Made by a program: the position numbers and the translations under genes. This document shows, piece after piece, positions 59,521 through 64,000 of a stretch of DNA of 64,000 nt (its first letter is position 1; each line of letters starts with the position of its first letter). Source of the DNA: Eledone cirrhosa (taxonomy: Eukaryota); the NCBI GenBank assembly GCA_964016885.1, contig OZ024749.1, positions 50,592,001-50,656,000 of the forward strand, given 5' to 3'. Below the pieces are notes generated by a model. It did no database searches, was not told where the DNA came from, and worked only from the letters and a program-made list of their open reading frames with translations.

Positions 59521-60052
59521 ATTGTTTCTATTGTTGGCACAAGACCAGCAATTATCCCAGTGCATTACTGGTACTTTATTTTCTCGACCCTGTAAGGATG
59601 AAAGGCAAAGTTAACCTCGGCTGGATTTGAACTCAGACCGTAATGGGAGGTACCTATGCGAGAAAGCATGGCGTCCAACCATCTACCGATAATGGTTCCT
59701 TATATAGGCACAAGGCCAGCAATTCTGGGGGAGGGGAAAGTCGATTAAATCGACCCCAGTGCGTGACTGGTACTTTATTTTATCGACCTCGTAAGAATGA
59801 AAGGCAAAGTTAACCTCGGCGGGATTTGAACTCAGAATGTAAAGGACCGTAACTAATAGTAATAGAATCAATTGTTTCTACTTTTGGCACAAGTCCAGCA
59901 ATTACCCAGTACATTACCGGTACTTTATTTTATCGACCCCGTAAGGCGGAAGGCAAAGTGAAACTCGGTGGGATTTGAACTCAGACCGTAAATGGACGTA
60001 ACTCTATGCTGGAAAGCATGCCGCACGACCCTCTACTGATACTGCCAATTCA
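59521..60052 (-). mobile_element. Three head-to-tail SINEs within one 15-bp TSD
   Basis: Units 59521-59689, 59690-59853, 59870-60052; GCACTATGGTATAAT at 59508-59522 and 60053-60067. Confidence 0.88.
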
Positions 60053-60288
60053 GCACTATGGTATAATATAGAACCAAGTATATAGAACCAAGAAACTTAT
60101 GGAAAAATAGAGATGTTACTTCATCCGATTATATATTTCGTTGCCTTATGTTTCTATTTTACTTATTATGCTATATTGTGTGTGTCTCTGTGTTACAGCT
60201 CACATCTATGCAGGTTTAGCTGGCCTCCTTCAAGGTGTATCTCGTTGTCTTGTGTGATTTAATGATAGGGACCCCAGTCCTATCATCT

Positions 60289-60431
60289 CATTTCTACAGC
60301 TGAGTAAACTGGAGCAAAGTGAAATAAAGTGTCTTGCTCAAGGAAACAACACATTTCCCGGTCCGAGGATTGAGCTCACAACATTTCAATTGCAAGCCCA
60401 ATGCTCTAACAACTATGCCATGCGCCTTCAC
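60289..60431 (-). mobile_element. CORE-type SINE 5' half
   Basis: Matches 9829-9971. Confidence 0.8.
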
Positions 60432-61415
60432 TGCTATATTACTTACTGTTAACTATTTACTTCCATTTTGATAAAATGAATAACATTTATTTATTGGTTT
60501 TATTTCTATTGACTGAAAAGCTTCATATATAAATTAGTTGACTGACGTTAATCTGACAAATTTTTATATATTCCGTTTGACATCGATGATACAAGAAAAA
60601 AAAATATAAACTCCTTTATCTGAAATGACAAATGAAATATGTTATCAACAGCAAAACATAGGAATCAAATACATAAAACAGTGTAGGTCAGTTTCTGCAT
60701 GAAATGGTTCAATATACGCCTATGTCCTGAGGACAAATCGACGTGTAAATATGTTGTAAATCTTATAAGTCTTAAGACGAAAATGTATTGTAATCCTAAA
60801 TATTTAGGTTTCTTTTCCACAGAATATAGGAACGGGTTCAAATATGGTAATGTGCTATGCGACTAACAGGGAACAGCAATAAATGATTCTTGTGTTACCA
60901 AACTGTGATTTAAGCGCAGGTTTAGGGCATATTTTGCAATTGGGATTAAACACTATATAATCCCTTAAAAGATAAAACCTGAACGCCTATAGTAATAGTT
61001 TTATTATCAACGCGGTTCAATTTGGAGAGGTATATTTAGACGACAGATGGTATGTAATTCTGCAGAATAAGTAATGTATTTCACCTTCCCCATACTGGGG
61101 ACGGTAAATTGTGTTCACATTTAATTTACGATATAATACACATCGTTTTATCGGAGGTTTACTCTTCTGTGTTATATTCCATTATAAATAAACTTCCCCA
61201 GTATAATTATGACCACATCGGTAAAAAAGCATAACAATTGTATCTATGTGAATATAACATACATGGAGAACGAAAAGAATTATTGGTCTGGCCGCTGGCA
61301 CATACAGAGTAAATATAGATTAATCTCTATTTACTTCCAGCACCAGTTATTGGAGAGAACATAGCACATTATCACATTATAATATACATATATATATATA
61401 TATATATACATGTAT

Positions 61416-61449
<34 letters not shown>

Positions 61450-61487
61450 GTATATATATACATATATATAAGTATATATATAAGTAT

Positions 61488-61533
<46 letters not shown>

Positions 61534-62421
61534 ACAGAGAGAGGGGGAGAATGTGTGTGTGGGAGAGAGAGGGAAAGTGACTTGTGTATATATGTGTGTA
61601 TGTGTATGAAGTACATATATATATTTATAACGATAACTTAAGACACATATCACCATTGAACATTATAGCTTTTTTATTTGCATCTAATATATTGGCCAAT
61701 AAATTCACATGGATTTCTTGGCAGGCATGAAGCACTAGCTGACAATAATTGTTGATTACATGAGAAAAAGAGATCATTCTATCAGTACTTTAATGCTAAG
61801 TCGAATATGCACGTCACTATCATTGAATATCTATTAGGATTAGTCATATTCTGGAACATACTATTTCATAGAAAAAAATATATATATAACAAAAAAGCTG
61901 TTTTTAATAACTTTTAAAGTATAGTTCCATTTACTATTTTTTTATATATATATTGATCTATCTTCATAACATCATGATGAAATATCAAAGCGCGTTAATA
62001 ATTTCTTTCTCATATTATCTGTCGCCTTTCAGTACTTTTCACAAAGGAGTTGGTTTTCTTTTCAAAAGGGAGTTGATCGAAAAGATTAAGCGAGGAGATA
62101 AAAACAGCTAACTAAAACTACTTTGAAGTTCTTTTCATGAAAAACTATTTTCAGATAACATTTTTCTTTTCTTCATTTTTGCTTAACCCTGTTTTACATC
62201 TTCAAGAAAATATTTAGCGACGTAATGCGTTTTCAACTACAATAACGTTGATGACAACCACAACAACAACATCAACGACGATAATATACTATACTATGAC
62301 GATTACTACTATTACCTACTGCTGATACTACTATCACTACCACCACTACCACTTCTACTATTTCTACAACTAGTACAACTACTACAATAACTACTACTAA
62401 TACTAATACTACTGATATTAA

Positions 62422-62550
62422 TAATGGTTTCTTATATAAGCACAAGGCCAGCAATTTTGGGGGAGGAGAAAGTCGATTAAATCGACCCCAGTGTGTGACT
62501 GGTACTTTATTTTATTATCGACCTCGTAAGGATGAAAGGCAAAGTTAACC
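62422..62550 (-). mobile_element. SINE 3' half, long variant
   Basis: Matches 59690-59817. Confidence 0.85.
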
Positions 62551-63116
62551 TCTTTCTCTGTATCTTTACCCTCTCTAACAGTCACTCTCTCTGTTAGCCT
62601 CTTCCTCACCCTTCACTCACTCACTCTCTGTTACTACCTCTCCTACTTCTTCCTGTTTGACCTGTGCATAATTCTTTTCTCTCGCACGCTTGGCCAGGCC
62701 GGTTCCCCTTTTTTCTCTCTCTCGTCTACGATTTCGCAGAACTTATGTTCACCGAATTCACGGACTGGACTCCTTCTTCCTCCCGTTTGACCTGTGCGGA
62801 ATTCCTTCCTTGCTCACATTTCAACCAGGTTTGATGGTCTTTATTCTCTCTTGTTCACGATTTCACCGAACTTATATTCATGGAAATTTGGGACTTGACT
62901 CGTTCTTCCTCACTTTTCGTTGCTTTACCATCTGTGTTTGTTTACACTCTCGATCGTTCCCTTTATTTACGTGTCCCAACGACTTTCTTTAGCCGTTGCT
63001 CGCACCAACCGGAGGTATATGGTCTTTAAAGCGATGAAATACCGATGATGGTGGGAAGATCACTGATGAAGGACTAACTTTATTCATATGTAACCCATTT
63101 GCAACCACGCAGCACG
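62551..63116 (+). mobile_element. Family F element
   Basis: Pyrimidine-rich body and conserved block homologous to the reverse complement of 1930-2400. Confidence 0.7.
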
Positions 63117-63172
63117 TTTATACTCATATTTACATATAGATATATATATATATGTGTATGTGTGTGTGTATT

Positions 63173-63239
<67 letters not shown>

Positions 63240-63288
63240 GTATATATATATAATATGTATATATATATAATATGTATATATGTATGTA

Positions 63289-63368
<80 letters not shown>

Positions 63369-63409
63369 TATATATCTATATCTCTCTCTATATATATTTA
63401 TATATATGT

Positions 63410-63452
<43 letters not shown>

Positions 63453-63457
<5 letters not shown>

Positions 63458-63638
63458 TAGCCTCTACAGAACTAGAACTGTTTCATTCGGAGGAAATCAT
63501 CATGCTTTCCTGACGATTTCCTACGTATGAAACAGTTCTGGTCCTGTAGAAGCCATTTCTATATTAAATATTCATACTCTGTAATGTATTGAATACCTTA
63601 CTTACTATAGTTACCCCTCGATTGAACCCGGGATAAAC
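63453..63638 (+). mobile_element. Family E fold-back with hammerhead (63502-63556)
   Basis: ATGCTTTC-CTGACGA-..-GAAA-CAG(TTCTGGTC)CTG-TA-GAAGCCAT; apex near 63505. Confidence 0.8.
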
Positions 63639-64000
63639 ATATATATATATGTGTGTGTGTGTGTGTGCGTTTGTGTCTGTGTGTATGTGTGTGTGTGTGT
63701 GTATGTGTATGTATGTGTGTGTATATATTTGTGTATGTTTATAAAAGTGTAGCAGCGAGGGAGATAGAAAGCGTGTGCTACTGTGTAATCGCACTTGTCT
63801 ATTTATGCATATAAGCAAAAGCCTATGCACACACGCCATCAAAATCTACATCAACCGGTCAAATTTCTTCTCACAGCCACTGCACACAATTATGCTGCTG
63901 CGTTGCCATATTTACCAGACAGTGAAGTCCGTTTGAATATATATATATATCCTTTCTTTTGCATGCTTCATAATATTCCTATAAAAGCTAGTCAAGTATC

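Noticed and set aside
63040-63070. SECIS or C/D snoRNA (ATGA..CTGA)
   Set aside because: The helix is too short for SECIS and there is no proper box C or terminal stem.

Overview
Very AT-rich eukaryotic non-coding DNA (intronic or intergenic), saturated with (TA)n, (CA)n and (GA)n microsatellites. The repeat content looks like a coleoid cephalopod (Octopus-like) genome; this is recall, not a database result. No host protein-coding gene is supported, and nearly all long ORFs are translated microsatellites. The window holds >20 tRNA-derived SINE copies (several with target-site duplications), a 21x34-bp tandem array, an inverted RTE-type LINE fragment, an R4/Dong-like endonuclease fragment and a possible mariner end. 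The main signal is about ten distinct families of short (0.1-0.6 kb) non-coding elements sitting in (TA)n tracts. Most are fold-back palindromes, and several carry complete minimal type I hammerhead ribozymes (stem I-CUGANGA-stem II-GAAA-stem III-UH-stem I') with compensatory base changes between copies. These match the known ends (pLTRs) of Penelope-like retroelements or retrozyme-like RNAs. Less expected features are that the fold-back apex often coincides with a ribozyme helix, that unrelated families share a YYGAGTRC-like motif ~45-50 nt from the TA junction, and that one ~570-nt family has an end-to-start junction suggesting a circular or tandem template.
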